From Bugula neritina (lineage: Eukaryota; Animalia; Bryozoa), in contig OZ037769.1 in assembly GCA_964035545.1 (NCBI GenBank), positions 10,198,633 to 10,262,632 on the forward strand: a DNA stretch of 64,000 nt, written 5' to 3'. The notes under the pieces were generated by a model. That model was not told where the DNA came from, ran no database searches, and saw only the letters and a program-made list of their open reading frames with translations. Below are positions 39,670 to 62,100 of this stretch, piece after piece (within the stretch, counting starts at the first letter, position 1; each line of letters opens with the position of its first letter). Both the position numbers and the translations under genes were made by a program.

Positions 39670-39925
39670 TAGGTAAAAATAGCAATGTAAAAGTGGCTCA
39701 GGTAATGATGGTATAAATGAAAAAGTAGGTAAAAATGACACACTAATGTTAAATTTTCTCCAACCCCATATCTTCAACCCCAAACTCAAATCCCCATCTC
39801 AAATCTCCATCCTTAAACTTAAACTCCGATCCTAAATCTCCAATCCCCCACCCAAAACCCCAATATCTAAATTGTGCCATTTTTACCTTTGCCATTATTA
39901 CCTGTGCCATTTTTACCGGATATAC
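39670..39925. mobile_element. Degenerate MITE-like element with ggtaaaaatggca subterminal repeats in inverted orientation
   Basis: Left ggtaaaaatagca/ggtaatgatggta/ggtaaaaatgaca versus right tgccatttttacc/tgccattattacc/tgccatttttacc; no TSD found. Confidence 0.55.
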
Positions 39926-39942
39926 CATTTTAGACATCATTG

Positions 39943-42900
39943 TTACCGACAGATACTTCTCTTAGTTGCATATGCAGAAGCACACTCGTATGCTTTCCTA
40001 CTAAAGTACATGATGTCTCTGCACAAAGTGGGTGTGAGTACGAACTGCGGGTGATATTGAGTAGTCTTCACAGTGAAGGATTTTTGAGATTTAATTGTGT
40101 CCGAGCAAATCTGCCTAGTAACTCTGTTATTTAGCTGAGTGAAGTATGCCACCTGCAAACGGAAGAATATCTGAAGGCAAGCTAAGCACTAGGGAGACAC
40201 TTTGAATGATAATAAAAGGCTTCATTTATACCAGTTATCAGTCAGAGAGCACTTGCACTGTATTATTATGTAATAACAGTTGTAAAATATTTGAACTCAA
40301 TGATGATACAATTTTTCAGTTCATTCACCTCTTTCCAAAATCCTGTTTCCTTCAGCTCTGGTTGACTCCACCAGAGTTTTGATACAGCATCATATAGCAT
40401 CTTATCTCCCAGATTTACTTCCTTAGATAACACTTTCTTGATAGAGTTCTCAGACAGGCTCAATGTACTTGACAATCCTTTGTTTTGACTGACATAAAAT
40501 ATATCTGAATACTCCCAGCAAAACCTTTTTTTCAATATTACCAGCGATGCATCAAACTTCTCATTTAATATCGGCAAATCAATTCTACAACAGAATATAA
40601 AACATTGCCCAGTAGTTTTATTTTGAATGCTGAATATATTTTTGCAGCAGACCTCTATTGCAGTTGTAGCAGACACTTTTTAGAAGAACAATTTACCTGC
40701 AGCACGTACCAGCTATATAGAAGAATAGTAGCTAATTGGTTTTAAATATGCTGAATTAACTTACAAAAAATTGATAACTTTATATCACGACTTTGCTAGT
40801 CACACTGCATGTAGTTCCCACCAGTTTCAATTTAAACCCGTCTTAAATTTTACAAGCTATTTACAGTAAAAAAAATTATTGCAGAAATATTTGCTCAAGA
40901 GCGCAGCAGTTTTCTAGATATTATTTTTTCACTCTCAGCGCACCTTGAAACAGTGTCGTTGACAAACTCCTTTATGGCTGCCATGTTGTTTCTCTGACTG
41001 TAATCAAATCCCAACCATTGCAAAAATGGAATATGAAACCAGTTGACCAAACCTGCGTGTCTTGCAGTTCTGTTTAGGAATAGAAGATTATCATCGCTTA
41101 TAATCTTATTAGGATTCTAAAATCAGAAACACCAAAAAATGGGAAAGTATAGCATAATTACAACAGTATATGTACACATGTTTATTGCAGAAGCTTTTTT
41201 GTCAGTTATGCGCTTTATGAAAGACTCCCCCACGTTACTATTCATTTTGTGAGTTTTTTTTCTTTTCTAGTTAGTGCAGCACAGACACCAAGCAAGGAAA
41301 GTTGCACATTGCTGTACTCCAATGATTGAACTATGTTCCACATACCACAAATATTGTAGTTTTCAGTGTCACACAGCAGGTTAGTTTCTACGAGATTAAT
41401 GATTGACTCAATGACAGTCAATAACTAAAGAGGTAATATCATTGATGCACAAAATCATACAAAGAAATGCAAGGCTATCGACAGCAGAAAACTATCCAGT
41501 ATGGCCTAATCAATTAGGCACAAAAGGAACTTGATACTGGTTTAAATCCATAACTATGCATGTAGTTATGCTGATAGCTTTTCAAGCTATCAATACTAAA
41601 GCTGGCCAATAAATTATATTTATATAGAGCTAAGCAATGCAAAAAGATGTTGGCTACAGCTTACATATACCCAAAATCAAAGCGAATTTATGCAACAATT
41701 TCTTTACAAATATTTACAATTAATTCATGAGCTTAGTAAACCTAATTATTGTGATAGTGTGATTAGGTAAAGAAGATAATTAGTAAAAACTCTTTTAGGC
41801 ATGTACAGTTAGCTAGAATTGTTTAAACCATTTCAATTATTGATTTTGCACTGAAGTAACTAAGAATTACATTTAAAAAATGTTGGCAATATTGAGTGTA
41901 GACTCTCTAATACTATGTCATCAGTAGGGAAGTTAAAATCCAATATTTTTTATAACAAACTGCATGGAAAACTAACGATGAGACTTATGTAGCTGATAGC
42001 TAAGATGTTTCCAGGGATTTTAGTACTGCATAAGTATATAGCTGTTTAGTCCTGCATAAAAACAGCTACATTCTACTGTTGTTGGCTTACCCTGCCATTA
42101 ATACCTATGTTATTGGAATAGTATTTAATAGCTGACTTTATCCATGAAGTTGGCTCTCGCACTGGAACTATTAACTTGAAATCTTTCTGAATGTGTCTAT
42201 CAAAGATGGATCTGTTATATCTGGCATGATGGATAAGAACATCTGCTCTGTCTAGTTTTTCTGGACCAATCTCCCAAACTGTAATATAAAGTATTAAAAT
42301 TAGTAGAGAATTTTAATAGTTGAAGTTTAAAATGATAAACGAAATTGAAAAAAAATTCAATTACAATAGAATTTGCTTTTGCAAGGTGAGGAAAAAATTC
42401 TTGCATTTGAAAAAACATGTTATATTAGCTTATATCAAGTAATGGATTACATGTACCACAGTGTCACCTGCATCACATGTATCGCAGTGTCATAACGTCA
42501 CATGCATCACATGCATCACAGTGGCACATGCATCACGAAATCAGATCTGAATATATGGGATATCTTTTATTTGAAGCTTTCACAAAAAACTACCAGTTGA
42601 TTCAAGTTTTTGCATAACTGATACCTTTGTACTGTTGTTTGCTTTTTGTATTGAAAAAATAAGTAGGAGCAAGTACACTCGTGCCAAACAGCCGATGCTA
42701 TAGGATATCCACAGGTCTCAGTGAAACATGTCTGTTCCCCTTATAAGTCAACTGCCTGCACATTGTTTCACAGTCAACAGCTACCTGAGCAATATTTGAT
42801 GTATAGCACTACCTTCTCATTTTACTGTTTGCTTTCTGGACTAATGTGTTTGTACAAGAGAAGTGGTTGTTTCAGTGCGCAGATAATCATAACATACGAC

Positions 42901-44329
42901 TAAATTTGCTACAAGATTAACTAAACTAATAATACTTAATAGTTAATACACATCTACCAACTTTCTAAATTTTCTATCTACAAATTTTTATAGAGTGTGT
43001 GAAAACAAACCTCGCCCCGGTTTTTGCCAGTCTATATGCACCCCTTCATTAGGGCCAGGAACCAATAAGTTTAGTTGGTTACTTCTGACAAATCTCGATA
43101 GGAGAGCAAACAGAGTAGATGTTCCAGTTTTCCCAATTTTCACCATCACAAACTGCTTTGTTTTGCCCAGACAGAGCTTTGCTAGGTAGAAATAAGAACG
43201 ATATTAAAAGCAATAGAAATAACTTTGCATTGTTTGATACACTATAATTTTCTAAACTCAAGTATAGTATAAATTCGCACAACATGTTAGCATGCTATTT
43301 AGTATAAATTCGCACAACATGTTAGCACCCTGTTTAGTATAACTTCACATAGCATTTTAGCACCCTGTTTAGTATAACTTCACATAGCATTTTAGCACCC
43401 TGTTTAGTATAACTTCACATAGCATTTTAGCACCCTGTTTAGTATAACTTCACATAGCATTTTAGCACCCTGTTTAGTATAACTTCACATAGCATTTTAG
43501 CATGCTGTTTAGTATAACTTCACATAGCATTTTAGTACCCTGTTTAGTATAACTCTACATAGCATTTTAGCATGCTGTTTAGTATAACTTCACATAGCAT
43601 TTTAGCATGCTGTATAGCACTTACATGAATACACCTGTGATTTAGCATCTTTATCTCTGCTATAATACTTCATAACTGGAAGATCGTTTGAACTTTCCTG
43701 TTTGTGTGAGACTCTGGGGGACACAGCTGCAGGGACTGTATTCCTGGAGAGTTATTTACTATGGTTTATTAATAAGTTAGTGTAATCATCATATACTGTA
43801 TATATGTGACTATATTATAGGCCTACATATATGACTATATGCTATACATATATCAATATATTATATATGTATGACTATATACTGTGCATATGTGACTGTA
43901 TTATACGCGTGTGACTATATACTGTACATATGTAACTATATTGTATATGTATGACTATACACATAAATGACTGTATTACAGTATATGACTATATATACAC
44001 GTATGACTGTATACACATATGACTATACACATACGTATGACTATATACACATGTATGACTATTATGTACAGGTATGACTATACACACATGCATGACTATA
44101 CACACATGCATGACTATATACACATGCATGACTATGTACAGCAGAGTGAAATATAATTCGAAGACTGGTCGCTAATTTTTATAAAAAGAAACTGAGATTA
44201 ACTGAGATTCAGAATTATAGCCTTGACTTACATCATCGATGAGTTATTGGAAAGAAATAGACGATAAATCATTATACTGATAAAAAACAGTATTAATATT
44301 ATGTTAATCACAATTTTTTTTCGAAACAT
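39943..44329 (-). CDS. Galactose-3-O-sulfotransferase family (GAL3ST-like) type II Golgi enzyme, 8 exons
   Basis: Exons 44329-44232 (MFRKK + TM), 43743-43625, 43181-43011 (FVMVKIGKTGTSTLF, 5'-PSB), 42278-42091 (HHARYN; VREPTSWIKSAIKYY, 3'-PB), 41266-41178 (least certain), 41069-40944, 40584-40329 (EKFDASLVILKKRFCWEYSDIFY..N..D..LY), 40152-39943; phases consistent. Confidence 0.85.
43297..43612. repeat. 35-bp tandem repeat, ~9 copies
   Basis: Unit tgtttagtataacttcacatagcattttagcaccc; fills most of one sulfotransferase intron. Confidence 0.93.
43800..44140. repeat. Degenerate (atgactatatacac)-type tandem repeat
   Basis: Direct reading; intronic. Confidence 0.75.
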
Positions 44330-45227
44330 TATTTACGGCCTTCCTTGCCATTTAGCTACTCAAGTAACGACTGACTAACAACATTGTGTTATAAGGCATG
44401 GCTTTAACCAATACAAATGCAGCTAGCAATCATTGTCAAGCAGACTCCACTCAGTAAGACAATGTCTTTAGTTAACCTCTATTGAATTCAATTGATTATA
44501 GAGTCTTTGACCTCAAAGATGAATCCATGTCACTCAGGCAGCATTTAGTTGTTGTAATGCATGTCACCTTTCAGGGTTGTTGGTACAAGCAATCTTAATT
44601 TATACTCGTAATAAGTTTTGTGAACACATGTGCTGAATTTGCTTGGGTTTTCTGATCGCTTGCAGATTTGGTCAGTAATTATGTTCCAAAAAACAGTTTA
44701 TTAAATCATCTTTTATTTTCATTATAGTATTGCAAGAAAATTGTAGTTTCTCATACATTAGGTTTGAATATAATATTATAATATAGGACATGCACCAATA
44801 TTTATTTTTTCAATTTTCAAAACTAATTAAACATAAAATTGTTTCAAAATGCCAAACATGGGTTTGCTATAGTAGCAAATTAAAGCGAAGAAAAAAAGAA
44901 AAACAACTTCTTTGTATATAATTGATGCAAAAGATAAACCAATAACATAACAAGTTACAACAACTGCTATGTTTTAGATAATAATGGTTACAAAATACTT
45001 GTACAGGTTGAATAACAAAAATGCAGAAAAGCTCCTAATATTAGGGTTTTGTATTGTCCTCAACAGGCAGGCTATAATAGCTTAATTCCCAGCTTTGAGA
45101 AATATGAAGTGGAGGCTCTTATTGATTTGTTTTCTAATTTCATTTTTGGTTTATTGAAAATTATATGTGTTTATTTATTGTTATTTTTTATTTGCTGCCT
45201 GGTAAGGAGAATTGAATCTATACAATA

Positions 45228-45569
<342 letters not shown>

Positions 45570-45969
45570 GTTTTGCAATCAATTTTAAGTTGTCATGTTG
45601 ATGGCGTTCATAAGGAGGTGTATGCTAAACTTCATTTTGCTTTATGTATATAAAATATTGATATGTCAAAATACTATAGAAACTTAAGCTCAAGTATCAC
45701 TGTACCATAGAAGGACTATTGTTAGCAAAATTTAAAGTATACGTATAACATAAAAATAGGTAAAATAATTAAACTAGTATAAATAATAATAATTAATATA
45801 TAGATCACAGATAAATATGGTTGCAGAGTAATGCCTGAGCAGTCAATTGGAGCCTTTTAAAAACCTGCTGTATGCTGTGTATAATGTTATACAGTTATAT
45901 ATATGTACAGCAATATACAGTTATAAGTGGACAACAGTAAAATATAATAGGAAATGTGGAAGTGTTTCT

Positions 45970-52873
<6,904 letters not shown>

Positions 52874-55800
52874 TTTATTTATCGCTGTAAATTAATGGAA
52901 AAACAACTTATTCATTGGTTTCTATATGTGAACTAAAAAGGTTGTAGTTATACCAAGTAGCAAGTAATGCAATGCTTAGCTGGTCAATAGAATGAGTAGA
53001 ATGTGTATGAAAATACCTTCATGTTTATAGTTGAGTGTATGACTGCATTGGTGAGCTGCTGTCCTCAGGCACTTTAACACCTCTCTCTTTCAACGTGACA
53101 CACTTCCTAAACAACCTCTGTTGTCACAATGAAAGGTTAAATGTTCAAATTGTGTATTTCTATGAAACATTAGCCTGCATCGTTGATTACAAAGGCCATC
53201 AAATGAGTGTGTATATGCTACTGCTTTGACATTTCGTTAACTTTCAGCATTTTCTAAGGCTAGCCCTCTGCAGTATTATAACAGTCTGTAATAATATTCA
53301 GATAGTTTTTAGTTTGTGTTTCTGAATCAAAATATAGTGTAAATAGAATCTCCATACAATTGATGATTTATGAAGTAGCCTGCAAAATTGATATAGACAG
53401 AGATTCATACTTTCTTATATCATCTTATTTTTTCAGCAAGAACTAAAAAAGGATTATTGTCAAAATTTTTTTGGTTACAAAATAAAAACCATACTTGCAG
53501 CTTTCAATAATTTAAAGCATATAAACTAATACATATACTAATAGACATGTAGAAAATGGTGAAGAGTAGACCTTGCATGCAGCTACATTAATAATCGCTA
53601 TCTACAAAGAAAACAAGAGATGCAGACTACATACAAAGTTAGACCTTATCTAGTGAGTCATACAACCCATAATATTACATAACTGCCTTTCTGCCTTTAG
53701 TCTTATCTTGTTTGATAAAGCTGCTTCAAAGCAATAGTGACAGCAAGAGTCACTTAAAATCGTTTTATAAATTATTTCAATTTAAAAACTTGCTTTTTAC
53801 TTCCACTTTCTAAGTAGACACCAGCTTGGCCTATTTTCATAACTTGTTAAATCTGTATTCAAGACACTTGAAGAAGAAACCAATGCTTTGATAATCGAGA
53901 GTTTGTGTTAAGAGACCTTGTGCTAAAACAATAGCATACATTATCATTAAGAAATCTGTGCATTATTTCAGTGAAACACCTCATAATATTGTAACGTCAA
54001 TAAATGCAAAGATAGTGGTTACAATAAAAATGCCATTTTCAGAATGTTCATGATGCTATTTTTTACTTTGCCAATTATTTTAGCTTCAATTTAAGCAAAG
54101 CACGACTAAAACAGTGATTTACAGTTGCTTGTGCCAATGAGAGTCTGTTTTATTCCCATTAAAAAGTACTAGTAAAAAGATATTTATTTTCTAGGCATCT
54201 AGTAAAGCAAAATTATGACGCAAGGATGTAAAACACTTCATGAGAAAACTGAGTGTCTAGTGTTGTGGTGAAATTCGGAGGTAAAAATGTAGTTTCTATA
54301 TCATTGTCTTTAACTAACAATTAAATATGAGGTAGGTGCAGGATGGAACAAGTGATAATAGCCTGTGATCTAGAATAAATTTTTAGCAGAAAAAGTGTTG
54401 TTCTAGTGAGAATTTCAATCAAAATCTATTAAGAAAATTTAATCACTTAAACTATTGAAGTTTTTTACTACTCTACCTAAATGCAAATTGAGAAACAAAT
54501 TTAGCCCTTAATAAAGGCTATCATGTTGCTAGTTGCGCAATGCATGCTAGTAAATATACATGTATAGTTTTGTTATATTTCATGAACATTTCTATTCAAA
54601 CCTACAGCAAAGTTAGCTTAATAAATGTTTGCACCTCAGACTGCACAATAAATGTACGTAATTGTATACATCGCTAAACAAAATATATGGTGTAAAGTCT
54701 ACTATGAGGTCAGCCTAAACAGCAGCTGATTATGTTACTTATATTGTTATAGGGGAAGCAGAAGATAGAGAGGGTGAAAGTACAAAATATCTGGTGGGTC
54801 GTTATATTTATACGCAGACTGCTAGAATATATAAGCTGTGAAATTGTCAGCATCAGAATGAATGCATAAAAATAAGATTGTGATCATCTGCAAAAGATAA
54901 TTGAATATAACTTATCAACACAATTGTTTTAGTAATTTGATACTAAACCTCAAAATGCTTATGCAGGTAAAATAAATGATATGTGACATATTTGAAGGTT
55001 GTGTTCTAATTATTTTGTAGCAGCTATCATTAAACAATGCCGTTCATAATAGTAGGGAACACAATAGACTGCAGCTTATTGTGAGAAGGCGTTTATTGTG
55101 TTTTGACTTGAAACTAGCAGCTTGTCTGAACTATTGTCTCCCGCCGACAGGGATATGTTATATGTTTTGATTTACACTCATTATTCTTTTATGTATACGC
55201 AACAACATCACACTTTTCTGTGTTATAACAGCAGAAGTGGTGCCAATGTTAGGTGCTTCACTGCAGCACATCAATGCAAGCTCGTATAATTCGGGTGTTG
55301 GTAGACTATTAAGTTGATGGACTGCAGTACACCCAAGCCTAGTCCTTTTATCATTCAATAATTTCTGTGTACTCTATTATGATTTGCTAATGCTTAAAGT
55401 TTATAAAGACCACTCAAACTTGGCTTTTTTGTAACCAGCTTTATATAATATAATGTTATGTGCTGCATCCATGGGGCTGCTTTCTGAAGGCAAAATTCAG
55501 AACAATTGTGATTAAGGTTACAAACTTAATCCCAAACATTATCTTATAATGCAAAATTTCCATACAAAAACAAAGCTTATCGTCATAAAATAAAGTGAAT
55601 CTTCAAAAGGAATTAAAGCCTGTACTCAATAATCCCATGTCGTTATTTCTGTATCTACCTTTGTCCACATCTCTACTTCGAACTACATGTACTGAATATT
55701 TTCCACAAGTTGAATACACTGCCAACCTGGTGCCTGGTTTCAACATTGGTTGATTGGAAAGTTGCTAATTAGAATCAGTGAATAGCCTACATATGTATGT

Positions 55801-55984
55801 TTCCATCTTTCAATATATTTGCTGTTTATAAAAGATAATATTTTCACAGAAGTTAATAAAAACATTTCAAAAGAGTACTATGTGATTTCATTTAAAAAGA
55901 CCCTTCGATTACTGAGGAAGTTTGTAGGAGTTTAGAACATTTAAAGGTCAAATTAAAGTCAATGCAAGCAATAGTAGTAACATA

Positions 55985-56047
<63 letters not shown>

Positions 56048-59000
56048 ATATATATGTATGTATATATGTATGTAAATGCAGGTGCGCGTCTGTGTGTGAG
56101 TAACTATAACACATAAAGAGGGATAAGTCCAATAAATTTAACAATTCAAAGCCATAGCTGCTCTGTGAGCTATCAGCGAACTTATCCTTGTTTTATTTTC
56201 GAAGGCATCATTTCAAATAACCAGATCTTATTTACTGCATGAAAGTTAAAACATTAGTATGCTGATGCTTACTATCATGTACTTTGCTTCAATTATATCA
56301 AATATGGCCTTGATTGTAATAATAGATATTTATATATACATTAACATTTTATACTCATCATTGAGTATTGGAACATCTTTTGGCAAAACCCTCAAAAGCG
56401 TTTACTTCCTAGCAATCTATGGGCTAAAAACAAAGTAAAGTAATACTATTTAACATAAACTATTGCTACTTTTTCTGTTATCAGTTTCAAACTCTTTCCA
56501 ATACAATAAATATTTTTACTATTCCGTTAGCCAAAAGAAATCAAATAAAATATTGGAATCATATTTGCTCTTTAGGCCAACAAAAAACATTATTTAATTT
56601 AGATTTACACAAGCTAATAGATACTGTCTAAAATCAATCTTGTGTCAAACAAGCCATTAATTTGTAATGGGTTTATAAGTTATTCAAAACTAATAGCCAA
56701 TAGAAACTAAGTATTTAAAACTTTAAATAACCTTGTGTCTTTCTGTCCTAAACAGCCTCTCCTCATTACTAAATTCAGCTCTAACCTCATTATTTGCATT
56801 GACAATAGATAAACTCACAGTGTTGTATGAACACATATTAGATAACCTGAATTCTTATGTCCTATAACCAGCTGTTTTCATCTGCTGGAAGCTCCAAATT
56901 CAACACATGATGACATACATAATATCTTAAACACACCGTAGATGCTAGCATTTAATTTTAAAAAACAAAACTATGCATGTGGAAGAGAGTCGGCCTGCTA
57001 GCATTATAGCTTTGAGTAAGCATGACACATGTACTTGTTGTAGTATGCTAAAATGCTGTGTCATGACAGACCATACTTCCTAGAGATAGCACCAACACAG
57101 GCTCTACATAGCTTTAATATAACACACACGCACACGCACACGCACACGCACACGCACACGCACACGCACACACACACACACAGAGGCTCTAAACAGTTTT
57201 AATTGGCTCACTCAATTGATAAAAAAAGTTGTTCTGCTTCAAACTTTTAAAACCACAACTTTCGAATTTAAAGACAAAAAACAATATTATTGCAAAACAC
57301 TCCTTACAAAAAAAACAGTAATGATACATCACTGGTTCATAAGTAAATACATTTTTAGCCAGTATATAATAAAATTTATTATTTTTTCATGTATGGCATT
57401 TAATTGAGTTTATTTATAAAGCTGTAACAATTGTGCCAGTTGTGCATATACTGGTTAAGAGAGAGTAGATGAAGTAGTACCTGTATCATTTTATTAACAT
57501 TTGCAGTTATAGGGGCACATGCATAGTATTATAATTACACTAATTTTTATGAAGATTATTATGTAAGTAAAGGCCTAGAGCCATATTTTTCCGTGAATAA
57601 TGCAATATCAGATTTCAATTAAATATAATATATTTGATATAACAATATGCATCAATAATCATTGAAATGTATTACAATTATGATATCTCTAACATAAGAA
57701 TATAACTTCCATTAACCTGTTGTATTTTGGCAAAGCTTAACAAAGACAAATTTCAACAAACATAAATATTTTTTATATCATGACAATCAATGACAGTCAT
57801 AAATCAAAGCTGATATATATACAATGGTGGAAATCATGGAATGTGTATTGTATACTTCAGCCATTTAAACTTACAGTTGGCCTACTTTACTTGCTGCGTT
57901 TATGACTATAAGCCACACACCTCTCTAGTTTACAGCTTGTAAAAGTTGCTCCCATGTAGCAAAAATATACACATTCTTCCAGTAAAACTTCAACGGCCTA
58001 AATTTCTTATGATCTCAATGAGGTTTAGTTTGGGGCGAAAGTTTAAAATCTCTCAGAACATAAGTTTTTGGCTACATTTGTCATCTAGAACACAGGCTTT
58101 TCTCAATTTTTCTATTACTGCATCCATCTCAGCTAGAGCAGCTATACCACCAATGAAGATCTCAACAAACTTGCTTTGTCTGGTAAATAAAAGCAGGAAT
58201 CTTGCAGCAAGATATAATTTAGAAGATTAAGGCAAGGCAGCTGAGTTTATGAAAAGATAACTCCTGATATCTTCCCCAATTAATCTGGATGATACTTACT
58301 TAATTGAATATTTCTGCACAGTGACTGAGCGGCTACAGGTTTGACTTATATGGTAATTCTATAGTCTAGGTCTTCTTCAACCAGGGCAATGTGGAATATT
58401 AATGACAAGAACAACCAACCAACATCTTAAAATGCAGTCACACATCTTACTAGACAGCTAATCCTAGTTAACAGGCCTTACTAGTTTAGCAGGCCCGAGT
58501 CAGCAGGCCCTAGTCAGCAGGTCAGATAGCTTAACTCCCAGGTTCTAAATATTTCTTGTTGCCATGCCTCTACCTCCTGCGCATACTCTATTAAGAATTC
58601 ATCAGCAACTTCATTTTGTAATTACATAGTAATATTACTTGAGATATTGAAAAGGAAGTACATGACTAGCTTAAGCAGGTAATTATTTTACAGTCTCTGT
58701 CGGATTTGGCACGCTTCAGTTCACTTTCTCAACAATTCTCTTGAACAAACTACATTTAATATACAACTTATAAGGAGAAGCCTAAATGATCATAAATAAG
58801 CCACAGTTCTCTCTGGTAGAAATAAATCATCATTTATGAAAAGCTAAATCAAAACCAATCAAGTGTGGTAATATTTAGTCAAATATAGCAGTTGTTTACA
58901 AGTAAACTTTATTTGACTTCATTAGTCAAAAGAGAGAGAACTAACTTTTTTAAATTTTAAAGGTGAAAGCTAGCCATTGCAAATTAAGCTAGGACTAACC

Positions 59001-59108
59001 AGAGACAGGATCTGATCTGTATTTACTGCATTGTACTTACTTCTTTGTACTTACTTCTCTGTACTTACTTCTTTGTACATCACCATTATTTACTTCCGTC
59101 TGTTGAGC

Positions 59109-62100
59109 ATGGTATCAGCTAAATTGGCGAAGTGGATACTCAGGGTCTTACTGACTCTGCTAACTACGCAGACTACAGTCGCTATTATCCAGTACTGTAA
59201 GTTGTACTCTAACTTATTAACAATTATATTATGCTTATATCTTCACTTTTATTAATATATAAAAAGTTAATTCTTGTTCACTTTGTGGTCTCATGGCTTG
59301 CATGTACAAATTATTGCATTCAGGTTTACTCACAGTTTTGTTTTACTCAGAGAAATCATGCTAAATTTGGTTGAATTTTACGAATAAAAATAAATACTAT
59401 TGAAAATAGAGCCCTGTGCAGTGTGCTATGCCTTGTCTTTCCCATTGATCAATTTTTATGCATTATGTGGCATATACTGTGTATTAACAGGGCAAGTAAT
59501 TGCCAGTAATCATATTAAATTAGAAATCAAGTCAACTAAATTTTACTGTTCCAACATCTTGATGAACTTGTGCATTTAAATAAAAAGTTTGTTTCGACAT
59601 ATAAATTATCATATTCAAGTCATTCTGGTACAAGTTTTATAACATAACGTATACAATTTCCAAGAAGTTGTTTTGCAAACACCTATGTTTTAAAACTATA
59701 AATTAATGTGCAGCTTATAAAACATGTGAAAAGCAATATTCACTAACAAAAGACTTTGTATAAATGATTTGCAAGCCATATAAGAACTACCAATATATTT
59801 TATTTCATTACTATTTTAAAGGTAAGGTTTTTAAATTTTATCGTTTTTAATTGTGATAATTTTAGCCCCAACAATTTTCCAAATCTGTGGACGGCCATAT
59901 GTCAACTCAACATTACCGGAGAGGGTGGTGGCAGAAATACGTAGCCCAGAATATCCAAGTGATTACTTAGGGCCTCATGACTGTACCCTGACAGTAGTGC
60001 TCCCACAACTCTCCTGGATCGGTTTTTATTCCAGCCAATTAGAGATGATGCAGCAGACCGGTGCCTGCAATGACTACTTACTCATTAAGAATCCCAACCA
60101 CTCCAATCACAAATACATCAGATGTGAGAATATAACCAGCCGGAAACTGTTGTACCAAGATAGCTCGGCTTTTGATTTAGAAAATATTAATATCCGGTTT
60201 CATGCGGACATGTTTAATGCAAGCATGATGCAGGAAACAAAGCCTCAAAAGTTTGCCTTGGAGTATGTAGGTAAGTCACTAATATTGTACTATCTTTTAG
60301 GAGTACTAATTAGTTTTAAGTATAATACTGTGGCACATGAAACAAAGAGCTTAAGACTGCATACTTAGGCAGCTGTTGTGCCACTCTATGATGTGTTATT
60401 ATAGTCTAAACACCAAACTATTTATTTATGTGCAAATATTATGCTAATTTCTAGGGCTTTCATTGTTGATTTAAAGTAGAGGTTAGGATGCAGCTGCTTA
60501 AAGTAGCAGGGGAGACAACTTGAGTGTTTTAATTATTCTCTATAGCCAGCTGGGCTTTGTTGAAAACAGCTTTTTGCACCTGATCCGAACTCTTGAACCC
60601 AAAACTACTTTGACAAAATGTTAAAGTTGAGCTATAATTGGCGATGGTAATTAGGTTAATCTAAATAAGTGATTTATATTCGATTGTGCTACAATATTAT
60701 GTGCTTAATAAAGGAATTGAGCTTCGTTGATCTTGTGTAATCTAAACAGTAACCTAAGAGAAGGAAACGATTAACAAAATACAAAGATTATGTGGATTAC
60801 AGAACTTTGTGGTTCAACAAACTTGTCGGCTTCAGTTAGGCAGCCTGAGGCACCTAAAGGGTATAAAAATGAGAGGGGCATTTGCATCTCCACTTTTAAA
60901 GGGAATTATAGGTTTCACTGCTATGGTAGGCAATATTATTCGGGTTCGAACTGCTATCTCACAAATTTAGCTACTTTTCTAATAAATTTGACCTTTTCAG
61001 CAAACCTACGAAGAATAATATCTAGATAGGGCAGTCTACACATAAAAAAGCAAGTATAAATATGAAGTTGTATGTATGCAGTATTAGAAAACTAAATGGT
61101 TTTTTTTATATAGATCAAACCCTAGCAATATTTACAAATAGTGATGAGCGCAATTTTAATGCATGACTCAGCCACATTACAAGCTCTTATGCTTTAAAAT
61201 AAGTTGGGAAACAGATTTTGGTGTGAATTAGCTTTAGTGGCTATAAAAGTAATAGAAACGTGCAACAAAATATGTCTATCCTTTTTCATAAAACTGCGTG
61301 CATTGGCCTAAATGTATCTTTCATAGGCAATGAATAGAAATAAACTTATTGGACTTATATCCATGAATAACGATCTATAATATAGGCACTATACCGAAGC
61401 ATTGCGCTGCTTTGTACTGTTGGCCTATGCCCTATACTATAAATTTATGCTGAATAATAGGATGCAACGCAGCAAAAGGTTAAAAGGTTATTTGTTATGA
61501 TATTATGTTTGTAATACAAGAATTCACCATCAAAAACTGAAAATAATACACTTTCAAAGAGGGTTTAATAAAAACTATTATTTATGTTTAAAAATATATA
61601 CTACAGAAAGGAAATGGGGATAAATAAATATATTTTGCTTACTACTTGGTTATGACAGGAACATTATACTTTATATTTTACTAACATTATAACTCTGGTA
61701 TATGAGCAATAAAAACAACCACGTCTAACTGGAATTATTATATTTACATATGAAAGCATTATAAAGTCCTTAAGTTTAATTAGCCTGCAATCTTCGCACT
61801 AGGCCTTATGCAAGTCTCCATATGGAGTATTTAAAATATTCACCGAAATTCATCTATAATCACGCTAATTATTACGGAATTAATCAGGTACTTTATGTGT
61901 TTCACCAATCAATTACTTTTAGCCAAACAGGTATAATAATGGGGTAACAATAGTCTAGTTTCATCATTTAGAAACTAATAAATTATGTTCATATGTATGC
62001 AACTTAGGAGGTTTCCTACCTGCTAATACTACTATTATTTAAATTTGTCAGATAGCAGATATAGGCTAAATCAGACCTGAAATATATTGGCAGACAACCA

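Noticed and set aside
57900-58760. ORF 57946-58230 or further ETS coding exons
   Set aside because: No recognisable motifs; the minus-strand reading has stops. Possibly decayed coding DNA, but unassignable.
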